Positions 17,483-26,972 of a stretch of DNA of 32,000 bases are shown here, in pieces; the stretch's first letter is position 1; every line of letters starts with the position of its first letter. Made by a program: the position numbers and the translations under genes. Below the pieces are notes generated by a model, which had not been told where the DNA came from, ran no database searches, and saw only the letters and a program-made list of their open reading frames with translations. Location of the stretch: positions 40,724 to 72,723 of the forward strand of contig NJBF01000021.1 of assembly GCA_003144275.1 (NCBI GenBank), written 5' to 3'. The stretch comes from Candidatus Heimdallarchaeota archaeon B3_Heim. Its GTDB lineage: Archaea; Asgardarchaeota; Heimdallarchaeia; Hodarchaeales; Hodarchaeaceae.

Positions 17483-19885
17483 TTGATATTCGAACAATCC
17501 AATTTGAGTGATGTAGAAAGAAATTTCCTTGATAATGGTCTAAGCTTGATATCTGATAGTGCTGATCAGGATGAACCCATATTAGAAAAAATGATTGCAT
17601 ATATTATCTCATTGACCCTTCTTGCAGAAGCGAAATCTTCAGAATCCTCCATTTTTGACAATATTCAAAAATTACCTTCAGTAATATGCACAGTAGATCT
17701 CCTTGATCGAATTTTTGAATTTTCTGAGTTTACTAGGAGACGTGGTGACATAACAAAGAAACTTATGCAGTTTATTAAAGCAGAGAAACATATCAATGCG
17801 ATAAAAATCGATAAAGAGAAACTCCTTCATCTCCACAATCTGGTTCCTTTTAGTCGTCATGACTGTTCATTTAATTTAAATCTCGGATCTCGCTTGTTAT
17901 CTCTGGTAGTTGAGAATTTATCAGTCTCTTCTTGGATGAAGAAAAAGAGAGGGACATATTACACACTTCCCACTGATGCAGATTTAATTTCTCTGTTGTC
18001 TAGCTACAGATTTTTACAACAATTAGCTCGAAAAACGACAGATGAAGATCTTTTAAGTTTATTAATATCAAAAACCGCTAAAAAGTCGAATTTATTCATA
18101 CATTCAGGTTTTCCTTCTGAAATAACCATTCTTGATCCTACATGTGGTTCAGGAACCTTTTTAGTACAAATTGCACAACTTTTGGGGGAATTAGGGATTA
18201 AAACTGGTAGAAGTTTGAAAATATCATTGTGGGGAATGGATCTTGATCCAATCGCAATAATGGTTACTCAATTGCGATTATTTTTCCTAGAGTTTCTCTT
18301 TGACGCGAAACTTGGGTCACATTCAATTCAAATTACTACTTCTTTGTCATGTGGAGATTTTTTAACTGAAAAATTTGATCAGAAATTTGACTTGATAGTT
18401 GGCAATCCCCCCTATGTACGACATGAGGACATTGGAATAAAAAATTCCCCAGATTATAAAAAATCTCTTCAGCAAAAGTTTTCAGACTTTTTGGAGCCCA
18501 ACATCAGACTAGATCGTAAAAGCGATTATCTGATATATTTTTGCTTAAAAAGTATAAGTCTCTTGAGTTCTAAAGGAGTCTTAGCCTTTTTAACTTCAAA
18601 TGCTTGGCTTGAAGTGAAGTATGGAAAAACCTTGCAAGATCAATTAATAGCTTTATTGGCGGTAAATAAGTTATCGACTTGTGAAATCATACATCAAGCA
18701 GGTTCAAGATTTTGGAAACAACTAGGTATAAATTCAGTCATCTTTCTAGCTTCGAAGAAGGTTAAGAAAGGTGTCTTAAGCAATAGAATATTTTTTACTG
18801 AGTCAGTAAAAACATTAAACCAAGTTCCAATAGCTTCTTTAAAGAATGGGGTCATATTTTGTAGGGAATATTCTTCTGAGAATTATCGAACTGAAGCTAT
18901 TTCAATAGCAGAATTGAAATCTACACATAAATGGGCAGGTACTTTCTTAAGAGCATCTAAAGAAGAGCGAGGGATTTTACAAAAAATTGACGCACAAGGA
19001 TCCCCTCTCTCAAGGCTAGCGAATGTACAATTTGGGATTAAGACAGGTGCAAATGATTTCTTTCATGTATCAGTGGAAAAATTAAATGAGAAGAAAAGTT
19101 CAGTAGAAATAAAAAGTAGATCTAATTTTAGAGGGAGGATAGAGTCTGAATTTCTTTTCCCTTTGGTTAAAAGTCCCGCTGAATGCAAAGGTTATGTAAT
19201 TCCACCCAAATTTACCCCTAAAGTCTGGCTATTCAACTGTCAAAAGCCATTGGACCAATTAAAGCGTACAGGTGCTCTGACGTATATACAATGGGGTGAG
19301 AGCAATCAAGTACCAATTAAACAAGGAAGAAGAATGGGTTCAACCGTAAAAGGGTTTCACTTATTGAGAAGTTTAAGTCAAAGAGATCCGTGGTATGCCT
19401 TACCTACCTTTTCGATTCCTGATCTGGTATGGATCAAAAGTTATCATGATAAACCAGGGTGTTTATTAAATCGAGCAAAATTTTTACCAGATCAGCGGTT
19501 TTATGGTATAACTGTAAATGATTCTAAGGATATTCCAGTTATTTTTGCTTATCTCAACAGTAGTTTTGTCTGGGCCCAGATGGAGCAAGCTGGAAATACA
19601 AATATGGGTTTTGGAGTATTAGATACTAATGTATACTGGTTGAAGTCAGTGAGAATTCCAACGAACCTGACATTGAAACAAAACCAAGATTTAACATCTC
19701 TTTATAACGATTTAATAAATGAAACATCTAGAACATCGATCACCACGGTTTCTTATTTACGTGAGCAGATCGATAAGTTTTTTGCTATGTTATTAGGTAT
19801 ATCCGATGAAGAACTTAGCATCATATTCCAGTTTATCCAGAGAAGTGTGGATAATCGTCTCAAAGGGAATACGAAAGATAATTAA
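17483..19885 (+). CDS. N6-adenine DNA methyltransferase (gamma class, Eco57I/TaqI-like with C-terminal target-recognition region)
   Basis: RGTYYT, ILDPTCGSGTFL (motif I), GMDLD, IVGNPPYVR (motif IV), YLNS. TTG start. Confidence 0.9.
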   Translation: MIFEQSNLSDVERNFLDNGLSLISDSADQDEPILEKMIAYIISLTLLAEAKSSESSIFDNIQKLPSVICTVDLLDRIFEFSEFTRRRGDITKKLMQFIKAEKHINAIKIDKEKLLHLHNLVPFSRHDCSFNLNLGSRLLSLVVENLSVSSWMKKKRGTYYTLPTDADLISLLSSYRFLQQLARKTTDEDLLSLLISKTAKKSNLFIHSGFPSEITILDPTCGSGTFLVQIAQLLGELGIKTGRSLKISLWGMDLDPIAIMVTQLRLFFLEFLFDAKLGSHSIQITTSLSCGDFLTEKFDQKFDLIVGNPPYVRHEDIGIKNSPDYKKSLQQKFSDFLEPNIRLDRKSDYLIYFCLKSISLLSSKGVLAFLTSNAWLEVKYGKTLQDQLIALLAVNKLSTCEIIHQAGSRFWKQLGINSVIFLASKKVKKGVLSNRIFFTESVKTLNQVPIASLKNGVIFCREYSSENYRTEAISIAELKSTHKWAGTFLRASKEERGILQKIDAQGSPLSRLANVQFGIKTGANDFFHVSVEKLNEKKSSVEIKSRSNFRGRIESEFLFPLVKSPAECKGYVIPPKFTPKVWLFNCQKPLDQLKRTGALTYIQWGESNQVPIKQGRRMGSTVKGFHLLRSLSQRDPWYALPTFSIPDLVWIKSYHDKPGCLLNRAKFLPDQRFYGITVNDSKDIPVIFAYLNSSFVWAQMEQAGNTNMGFGVLDTNVYWLKSVRIPTNLTLKQNQDLTSLYNDLINETSRTSITTVSYLREQIDKFFAMLLGISDEELSIIFQFIQRSVDNRLKGNTKDN

Positions 19886-19932
19886 AGATTCATCTCAGGT
19901 TGTTTCATGCTAAGTAAGGGTGTACTCTACTC

Positions 19933-20601
19933 GTGACTGTCACTACATTATCCTTTAGAGAAGTTATTGATCAGCTTGTTCGACAACAGTTCTTTATTGA
20001 ACCAAATATCATCACTGATCGAACTTATTCACTGCAGTTTGAGGTGGAAGGGTCAGAACAAATACTGAACTATTTTGCTAATTTTCTGTTTGACCATAGT
20101 AAAGATCTTTTCGGTACCGATCCTTCTCAATATTTAGCAGTGTTGAATCGCACCGGTAAGAAATTATCAATAAATCCCTTGGACAAACTCAAAACACGGT
20201 TCAATGAAAAAATTGGCAGTTTCATTGAAGGGGGTCGAGGAACAGAAACAGAATCAGAAACAGAGACAATTCTATTCATCGCAACTATCTCTTCAATTCT
20301 GGAAGTACTCGATCATTGTCATTATCAAACTTTGCTCAAAGAGTTATCTTCTCTCTATTATCACCAATGCGTTAGTAATTCCACCACTCAAGAGTATGAC
20401 GACCAAGCTAAGAATCTGGATGATGGGATAAAGCGCTTAAGCGAAGCGGCCGAGCCTAAACTCTCACTTATTCAAAATGTTATCAAATTAAAGAGCTTAG
20501 CGTCAATTTTTGATATCACAGACCTTATCTCCTATGACAAACGTCAACTTATGGATATCCAATCGGATATCATAAGGAAAGTTATTACCGGAAGTTATTG
20601 A
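19933..20601 (+). CDS. Hypothetical protein
   Basis: 222-aa ORF with a GTG start, co-oriented 47 bp after the MTase. No family recognised. Confidence 0.65.
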   Translation: MTVTTLSFREVIDQLVRQQFFIEPNIITDRTYSLQFEVEGSEQILNYFANFLFDHSKDLFGTDPSQYLAVLNRTGKKLSINPLDKLKTRFNEKIGSFIEGGRGTETESETETILFIATISSILEVLDHCHYQTLLKELSSLYYHQCVSNSTTQEYDDQAKNLDDGIKRLSEAAEPKLSLIQNVIKLKSLASIFDITDLISYDKRQLMDIQSDIIRKVITGSY

Positions 20602-20655
20602 CCTCTTACATTTTTCAAAAAAAGTTAAAAACTTGATTATTGTACTTATAGTAAG

Positions 20656-20663
20656 TTTATATA
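20656..20663 (+). promoter_or_regulatory. TATA-box-like element (TTTATATA)
   Basis: Matches the archaeal TATA consensus about 23 nt before ATG 20686, compatible with a short or leaderless mRNA. Confidence 0.35.
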
Positions 20664-20685
20664 TAACTATTCAAGGGTTTTAAAC

Positions 20686-21300
20686 ATGTTTGAAATTGTA
20701 GTGGAATTACTAGGGATTATTGTTCTGGTAGCTGGACTAATTGGCGTTGCGTACGGACTCAATAAATTTACGAAGTCGAAAGGACATGAATCTGGTTTCT
20801 TAAAGTTTTTAGCTTTAGCTACTTCGATTGTGATTGGAATTGTAAACATACTAGCTATTTATGAGGGTTTCATTGTTCACGTTGGTCCAGATGAAATTGT
20901 AAATTGGTTAACAGTGGTACTGATTTTCTTAGCAGGAATGTCGATGCTAGCTGACCCTCTAAAAGAAACTCCATTAGCAGCTATAATCTCTATGATAACT
21001 TTAGGCGCATTAGCAGGACTTCTGTTACTGTTTGCCGAAATAGAAGAAGGAGGATCAACTGATATTAACCTTTTTGATATAATAACTCTTCCTATGTGGT
21101 TGGTTATACTAGGCATTGTTGTGATCGTTGGAATCGTATTCGTTGCGAGTTTCTTCACAGAATTTACAGTAGATAGAATTTTACAACTTATTAGTTGGAG
21201 TCCTATTATTATTGTATTTAGCGCTCTTCTCCTTATTCAGGGATTATTAATGCTTGTCTTAGAAGAACCTGCAGGTATTTGGCATATTCTCAACCCATAA
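20686..21300 (+). CDS. Hypothetical polytopic membrane protein
   Basis: About six hydrophobic segments in 204 aa. Confidence 0.8.
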   Translation: MFEIVVELLGIIVLVAGLIGVAYGLNKFTKSKGHESGFLKFLALATSIVIGIVNILAIYEGFIVHVGPDEIVNWLTVVLIFLAGMSMLADPLKETPLAAIISMITLGALAGLLLLFAEIEEGGSTDINLFDIITLPMWLVILGIVVIVGIVFVASFFTEFTVDRILQLISWSPIIIVFSALLLIQGLLMLVLEEPAGIWHILNP

Positions 21301-21312
21301 AAAAGACTATTA

Positions 21313-21343
21313 AGCGGATTACCTCCGCTCTTTCTTTTTTTTT
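21313..21343 (+). terminator. Hairpin plus T-tract between convergent genes
   Basis: AGCGGA-TTACC-TCCGCT followed by a long T-rich run. Confidence 0.6.
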
Positions 21344-21887
21344 AAGTTTCAATTTTAGCTTTTGTTATGATATCTCGAGCTAATGTAATGAAAGCGTCTT
21401 CAATTGCCTCTCCTGTTTTGGCAGATGTTTCTATGAAGCCCGCGTTCAAAGATTTTGATTTGACAAATCCTTGAATAGTCTTTAAACTGCTGGGAATTTC
21501 CTCTCGTAAATCAATCTTATTTCCAACAAGTACAACAGGGAGATCATCATAAGTTTCTGCTCGCTCTCTGACTTCTTGTACCCACGAGTCGAGAGATTCC
21601 AAGGATTTAGGCTGGGTTACATCATAAATGGCAAGAGCGCCCATTGCACCCTTATAGTATGATTTCATGACATTTCTAAAGGCAGGTTGTCCAGCTAAAT
21701 CCCAAATTTGCCATTCTATATTAATTCCGTCAATTTTTGTCTTCAAAAAAGCGAAATCAGCTCCCATTGTGGCAAGAAAATCAGCTCGAAACCCTTCCCC
21801 CATGTATCGACGCCGAATCGATGTTTTACCCACCGCACCGTCCCCCAAAAGGATTACTTTGAATAATAACGTTGGCATCGTAAACAT
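21342..21887 (-). CDS. Rab-like small GTPase (Ras superfamily)
   Basis: G1 GDGAVGKT, G2 TMGADF, G3 WDLAGQ, YYKGAMGA, G4 GNKID, G5 ETSAKTG. No C-terminal Cys. Confidence 0.95.
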   Translation of the reverse strand: MFTMPTLLFKVILLGDGAVGKTSIRRRYMGEGFRADFLATMGADFAFLKTKIDGINIEWQIWDLAGQPAFRNVMKSYYKGAMGALAIYDVTQPKSLESLDSWVQEVRERAETYDDLPVVLVGNKIDLREEIPSSLKTIQGFVKSKSLNAGFIETSAKTGEAIEDAFITLARDIITKAKIET

Positions 21888-21955
21888 TGTCGCCTCACCT
21901 TTTGATTTTTTAAGCTCTTTCGAATGAAGAATTTTGATCCTCTTGAGTTGGTAGC

Positions 21956-22543
21956 ATGAAATCTGAGGCTAATCTAAACACGAAATTATTAGTATTTGTA
22001 GTTGGAACCTCTGGAAGTGGGAAAGATAGCGTGATGCAAGAAACAGTCTCTTATTTAGCCTCTCATAACATACCTGCCTCTACATTGAGGCGAATCATCA
22101 CTAGATCTCCAGATAAGAATGAAGAATCAACATTTATGACAACAGAAGATTTTTTGAAGCTTATGAAGAATAATGAGTTTGCTCTTTCATGGCATATTTA
22201 TGATAATTGGTACGGGTGTGGATGGACTCCTATAAAGGATGCAGTAACTCGAAATGAACTTCTCTTAATCAATGTATCAAGAAGTATTCTATTCAAGGCG
22301 CGGGAAGTATTTCCTGAGTGTTTGATTGTACATGTGACGGTACCAAAAGAAATTGCAGAATCTCGAATCAAGAAAAGAGGAAGAGAAGATGGGAGAGGAT
22401 TAACAACTAGATTAAATAGAATGAAAAGTAATGTTGAAATGCCGACTCCAAATAAAACTGTTGAAAACACAGGAGATCTTCATAAAACTGCAGAAGAGCT
22501 CGGAAAATATTTAAAAGAACATTATCTAGCAGTTAGAGGTTGA
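21956..22543 (+). CDS. phnN: Ribose 1,5-bisphosphokinase PhnN / guanylate-kinase-like P-loop kinase
   Basis: VVGTSGSGKDSV, RRIITR, FALSW..Y..WYG, INVSR, RGRE: closer to PhnN than to Gmk. Confidence 0.75.
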   Translation: MKSEANLNTKLLVFVVGTSGSGKDSVMQETVSYLASHNIPASTLRRIITRSPDKNEESTFMTTEDFLKLMKNNEFALSWHIYDNWYGCGWTPIKDAVTRNELLLINVSRSILFKAREVFPECLIVHVTVPKEIAESRIKKRGREDGRGLTTRLNRMKSNVEMPTPNKTVENTGDLHKTAEELGKYLKEHYLAVRG

Positions 22544-22549
22544 AAAACC

Positions 22550-23107
22550 ATGGGTGTAATCCTACAAAAATTAAAAGACTACTCGGAAACAAAAATTCTA
22601 GCTCTAATTACTATAATCTCAATTGTATTGACTGTAATCTTTTTTCTGTTGATGTGACCAATAGAATCAGAATTAACGGCACAAACTTTATTCGGTGTGA
22701 TCGATCTAGAATTTGCATGGAATGCAGAGCAAATAGATAATATTTTCACGTCTTGGGGAGATGATTTAATTGCAAAAGAAATTAATGCTGTTATCCTCGA
22801 TTTTGGATTCCTCTTGGTCTATTCGCTTTCTCTTGCAGGCATAACGTTAATTTTAACGAAATCTGGAGTTTTTAAATCTTGGACAAAATTCGGCTATTAT
22901 TTTACGTTAATTCCATTTTTCGCAGCAGGGTTCGATGCAGTTGAAAATATTAACTTGCTCTTAATGCTGAGTTCCCCCTCTTCCTTCCCTAGCTTTGCAC
23001 CTTTGGTAGCTTCGATATGTGCAACCATTAAATTCGGATTGATAATTGCTACAATATTATTTTGGGTAATAGGACTCGTCTATTCAGTAATAAAACGAAT
23101 TCTTTAG
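22550..23107 (+). pseudogene. Membrane protein gene interrupted by an in-frame TGA at 22655-22657
   Basis: ATG 22550 is in frame with track ORF 22697..23107 and reads MGVILQKLKDYSETKILALITIISIVLTVIFFLLM*PIESELTAQTLFGVIDLEFAW... Confidence 0.7.
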
Positions 23108-23150
23108 GATTAAAAAGTTTAATATTTCCTTTGATGTAAGGTAGAAGCCA

Positions 23151-23600
23151 TCACTCTGAATCCACAAACTTTGATAGTATATACCAAGTCTTCTGAAATA
23201 CATCATTTTCTAGAGTTGCTTCGACACCATAGCCATTCTTTTGGTAAAAGTCAACGTTTTGATGAATTGTGCTAAGTCGAATTTTATGCCATTTGTGTTT
23301 ATGAGCTAGCTTTTCTAAACGCTGTAATAAGAGACTCCCAATACCGTGAGATCCTCTGTATTCTTCTTTTACGAGCAGCTGAGAAATCCGAAGGGTATTT
23401 CCCATTATAAAACACCTAGCTGCAGCTAGTAATTGTGGAGGAGAAGAATCACTGTACACGGTGGCGGTTAGTGGCTTATTAATTTCCTCTGAGATATCGC
23501 GACCGAAGTGGATAAGATTAGCAGAGAGCCATTCCTCCTTAAAAAAGGATTTGATATCATCATTAGCATCTTCGAAAGCAATTTCAATACTATATTTCAT
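23151..23600 (-). CDS. GNAT-family acetyltransferase
   Basis: Acetyl-CoA motif LLVKEEYRGSHGIGSLLL, and FYQKNGY. Confidence 0.85.
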   Translation of the reverse strand: MKYSIEIAFEDANDDIKSFFKEEWLSANLIHFGRDISEEINKPLTATVYSDSSPPQLLAAARCFIMGNTLRISQLLVKEEYRGSHGIGSLLLQRLEKLAHKHKWHKIRLSTIHQNVDFYQKNGYGVEATLENDVFQKTWYILSKFVDSE

Positions 23601-23733
23601 TTAAACACTCTGAAAATATACATCTGTTGTGGTATAAGGGATTTGTGTTTATAAATAAACGAAATCAGTCCCAAATACTTACCCCAAGGTATTTACCATA
23701 CTTTGAATTCGTAATTACTGGTGTTTCAAAGAG

Positions 23734-24225
23734 ATGCAACTGCCTACTCATGTACTAGCTGGAATTTTCATCCAGTATCTTGTCAACAGTTTCATTCCAA
23801 CCCCAGCATGGTTGGCAATCATCTTAATTCTAATATTTAGTATTATATCTCACTTCTTTATCGATGCAATGGCGAAAATTACATATCATCCTCCTACCCG
23901 TGAACCTGGAAAATTCTGGTTGTATTGGCATAGCTTTGTGTATGGTTTTGGTATATTCTTGATTCTCCTTTATTTCCAGATATACTGGATTGGAATACTC
24001 GCAGCTAATGCTGTTGACATTTGGGATTGGTGCTTTCTTAGAAATTATGCAACTCGTACATCTCAACCTGATTGGGGGAAAAAATATTACATTCATCCAA
24101 TTGCAAATAAAATTCGAACAATGCTTTTTTCTCGCTTACCAAATTTCAACCACACAAAATCTGGTATTTTACCCGAGCTCCTTTTGTATATTGGATGGTT
24201 GATTCTCTATATTGCTACTTTGTGA
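23734..24225 (+). CDS. Membrane protein, possible membrane-bound metal-dependent hydrolase
   Basis: THVLAG...SHFFIDA...YH..WH His/Asp pattern within hydrophobic helices. Confidence 0.6.
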   Translation: MQLPTHVLAGIFIQYLVNSFIPTPAWLAIILILIFSIISHFFIDAMAKITYHPPTREPGKFWLYWHSFVYGFGIFLILLYFQIYWIGILAANAVDIWDWCFLRNYATRTSQPDWGKKYYIHPIANKIRTMLFSRLPNFNHTKSGILPELLLYIGWLILYIATL

Positions 24226-24237
24226 AAGAATTAGCTT

Positions 24238-25497
24238 CTAATAAAAGCGATTATGTTCCACGCTTGTTTGAGAAATAATCTTACCATTTTTTATCGTAGT
24301 TCTCGCAGGTGGAGTTGTACGTATTGCTTCATGCACATTCTTTACTCCGTGTAAAACCACTAGATCTGCGGGAGCTCCTTTTGTCAATTGATGCTCAACA
24401 TCCATAGTTTTTGCTGCGTTTTTCGTTATGGTGTCGTATAATACATCAATTTCGGATATGGTAGTCATTTTTGCCGCATGACCCAACAAATTTGCCACTT
24501 CAAGCATGTCTCCGTTACCAAAGGGATAATAGGGATCATGTACACAATCTTGACCAACAGTAACATTTACTCCTGCACTCAGTAATTCTTTTACTCGTGT
24601 GATGCCTACTCTCTGCGCTCCTGTATCTAATCGTCCTTGAAGAACCATATTAGTCGGGGGGTTCGTTACGACATTAATTCTTGCTTTTTTCACTAATTCT
24701 ATTACACGAGCAGCATGATAATTATCATAAGAGGATAACGCACAAATGTGATCAACAGTGATTTTGCCTTGATAATTCTCATCGATAGCTCTAGCGGCTA
24801 GATATTGAAGAGTACGAGAATTAGGGTCATCTGTTTCATCGGTATGGGAATCTATGGAAACATCGTACTTTTTAGCTAACGAAAGCAAAATATTGACATG
24901 TTTTTTAGAATGTTCCTCTGTAAATTCATTATGTGGCATTCCACCCAAAACCATATCCATCCCTCCTAGCTCTAGTGCCTTTTCTAACATTTCTTCCGTC
25001 CCTTCATCCTTTAATATTCCTTCTTGTGGGAAAGCAACTATTTGAAGATCAATAATATCTTTAAAAGCTTCTTTAGTAGCTAACAACCCTTTTAACGGCA
25101 TAAGTCCTCCAATAGAGTCGATATCAACATGGGTTCGGATGTGAGTTACACCAAATTTAATTTGATTATGGATAACCTCTGAAGCCCGTTTTTTGATATT
25201 TTCAACAGTATATTTACGTTTTACTTCCCATGTCTTTTGAATAGCTTCCCACAGGGTACCGGATTGATTCGGTTCAATAATGTCACCAATAAGAACTTTA
25301 TCAAGGTGAATATGTGGGGAAATTAAACTTTCTGTTACTAAAGATTGTTCTGCATCAAGAACTTGATCATAATCAGTATCCTTAATCTTAATGTCCGCCT
25401 TGTTAATTTCTGTTATGATTCCTTGATTAATGACAATGCTGACTAATTTTCCTTCCCTTGTAAGAGCATTCTTGATAACAAAACTCATTTCATTCAT
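24238..25497 (-). CDS. codA: Cytosine deaminase-like amidohydrolase (bacterial CodA type)
   Basis: PHIHLDK, RTHVD, AFPQEG, HTDETDDP, DHICAL, GQDCVHDPYYPFGNGDML. Confidence 0.88.
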   Translation of the reverse strand: MNEMSFVIKNALTREGKLVSIVINQGIITEINKADIKIKDTDYDQVLDAEQSLVTESLISPHIHLDKVLIGDIIEPNQSGTLWEAIQKTWEVKRKYTVENIKKRASEVIHNQIKFGVTHIRTHVDIDSIGGLMPLKGLLATKEAFKDIIDLQIVAFPQEGILKDEGTEEMLEKALELGGMDMVLGGMPHNEFTEEHSKKHVNILLSLAKKYDVSIDSHTDETDDPNSRTLQYLAARAIDENYQGKITVDHICALSSYDNYHAARVIELVKKARINVVTNPPTNMVLQGRLDTGAQRVGITRVKELLSAGVNVTVGQDCVHDPYYPFGNGDMLEVANLLGHAAKMTTISEIDVLYDTITKNAAKTMDVEHQLTKGAPADLVVLHGVKNVHEAIRTTPPARTTIKNGKIISQTSVEHNRFY

Positions 25498-25538
25498 CCT
25501 TTCTTGATCATTGGGTTTGGGAATACCTAAGATTGGAG

Positions 25539-26852
25539 TTATTCGATTTTTTCATATTCTTTTTCATCAATAATCTGCTTCAAATGCTGTGCAACTAACC
25601 AAATCTCATGATATTGATTATATAATGCTATAGGCGCCATTCTTATTACATTAGGTGGCCGAAAATCACTAATGACATTGTGATAAATTCTTAAACATTC
25701 ATTAATGCGTCTTGCTTCAGTGTCATGCTCAATAGCTATATGTCCTGACCGCTTTGCTGGGTTTCGTGGAGTGCCAATTCTAAAATTATAGGGATCTTTT
25801 GTAAGAAGGTTGTCAACAAGATATATAAGATATTCTGTCAGGTGAATTGATTTTTTTCTAATATTGTGAATTCCAGCTTTCAAATGGAGGTTTAATGCCC
25901 CCTCGATCGGTGCTGAACAAAGAATACTTGAACTAGAAATTTGCCATCCTCCAGCAGATTTTGCATGGTTAAAGTCCAATGACATATCAAATTGTCTTGC
26001 TTTTTCATACCCAAACCACCCTGCTAGACCAGGTTCCTTCTCGAAATGTTTCCTATTCAGATAAAGGAATCCTGTTCCTCCTGGGCCAGAGTTTAAATAT
26101 TTGTAACTGCACCAAAAAGCAAAATCTATTCCCCATTCGTCAAATTTGTGAGGAACAACACCTACAGAATGGCTACAATCCCACCCAATTGGAATATTCC
26201 GGTCATTCGCAGCCTTTGTTATATATTCCATATTGAATAATTGCCCACTTCTGTATAATGCCGATGGAAGAAGAATTAACGCCACATCGTCATCCATACG
26301 CTTAATAATTTTATCTTCATCAATTGTGCGACCATCATTACTTGGAATAAGTATGAGATGTTCTTTCGGATCCAAACCTTTCAATTTTATCTGACTTTTC
26401 AATGCATAGATATCTGTGGGAAAATCTAATTCGTCTGCAATTATTTTAGTACGTTTTCCTTCTTCTGGGTGATAAAACGTACTGACTAGGGAGTGTAGAT
26501 TAACTGTGGTAGTCCCCGTCGCAACTACTTCCTCTGGCTCAGCTCCAACAAGTGGAGCGGCCTTTGCGCCAAGATCTTCTCCGAAGTAAAACCAAGAATT
26601 CTTCGGCTTATACCAGCCAAGGATACCAAGTTCTTTCCAATCTTTTATGATTTTAAGCAGAGATTGTTCTGCTTCCTTTGAAAATAAACCTAAAGAGTTA
26701 CCGTCAAAGTAGATTGTGCCATTACCGGGAAAATAAAAGTGATCTCGATACTCTGAGAGAGGATCCTCTAAATCTAACTGTAAAGCAATACTCTCATCCA
26801 CTGAAAATTTGTTTGTCAATTCTAATGCTCCTGTATCCTTGATGGCGATCAT
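25539..26852 (-). CDS. kynU: Kynureninase (PLP-dependent)
   Basis: YFDGNSLGL, TTTVNLH, FPTDIYA, WDCSHSVG, WCSYKYLNSGPGG (PLP Lys), GWFG, DFRPPNVIRMAP. Confidence 0.95.
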   Translation of the reverse strand: MIAIKDTGALELTNKFSVDESIALQLDLEDPLSEYRDHFYFPGNGTIYFDGNSLGLFSKEAEQSLLKIIKDWKELGILGWYKPKNSWFYFGEDLGAKAAPLVGAEPEEVVATGTTTVNLHSLVSTFYHPEEGKRTKIIADELDFPTDIYALKSQIKLKGLDPKEHLILIPSNDGRTIDEDKIIKRMDDDVALILLPSALYRSGQLFNMEYITKAANDRNIPIGWDCSHSVGVVPHKFDEWGIDFAFWCSYKYLNSGPGGTGFLYLNRKHFEKEPGLAGWFGYEKARQFDMSLDFNHAKSAGGWQISSSSILCSAPIEGALNLHLKAGIHNIRKKSIHLTEYLIYLVDNLLTKDPYNFRIGTPRNPAKRSGHIAIEHDTEARRINECLRIYHNVISDFRPPNVIRMAPIALYNQYHEIWLVAQHLKQIIDEKEYEKIE

Positions 26853-26972
26853 ATCCTATTACTAATTATCTTTTTTCTCAGGATCTAGTCCTTTTAGCTA
26901 ACGCAAGAAAGAATTTTTAATCTACAATCAGACTTCCTTAATACCGAATCAGTTTTCCAATTACTATTGTAA

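Noticed and set aside
22540-22740. 66-aa Cys-rich track ORF overlapping the phnN end
   Set aside because: It is an alternative frame over the real TM-encoding frame that starts at ATG 22550.
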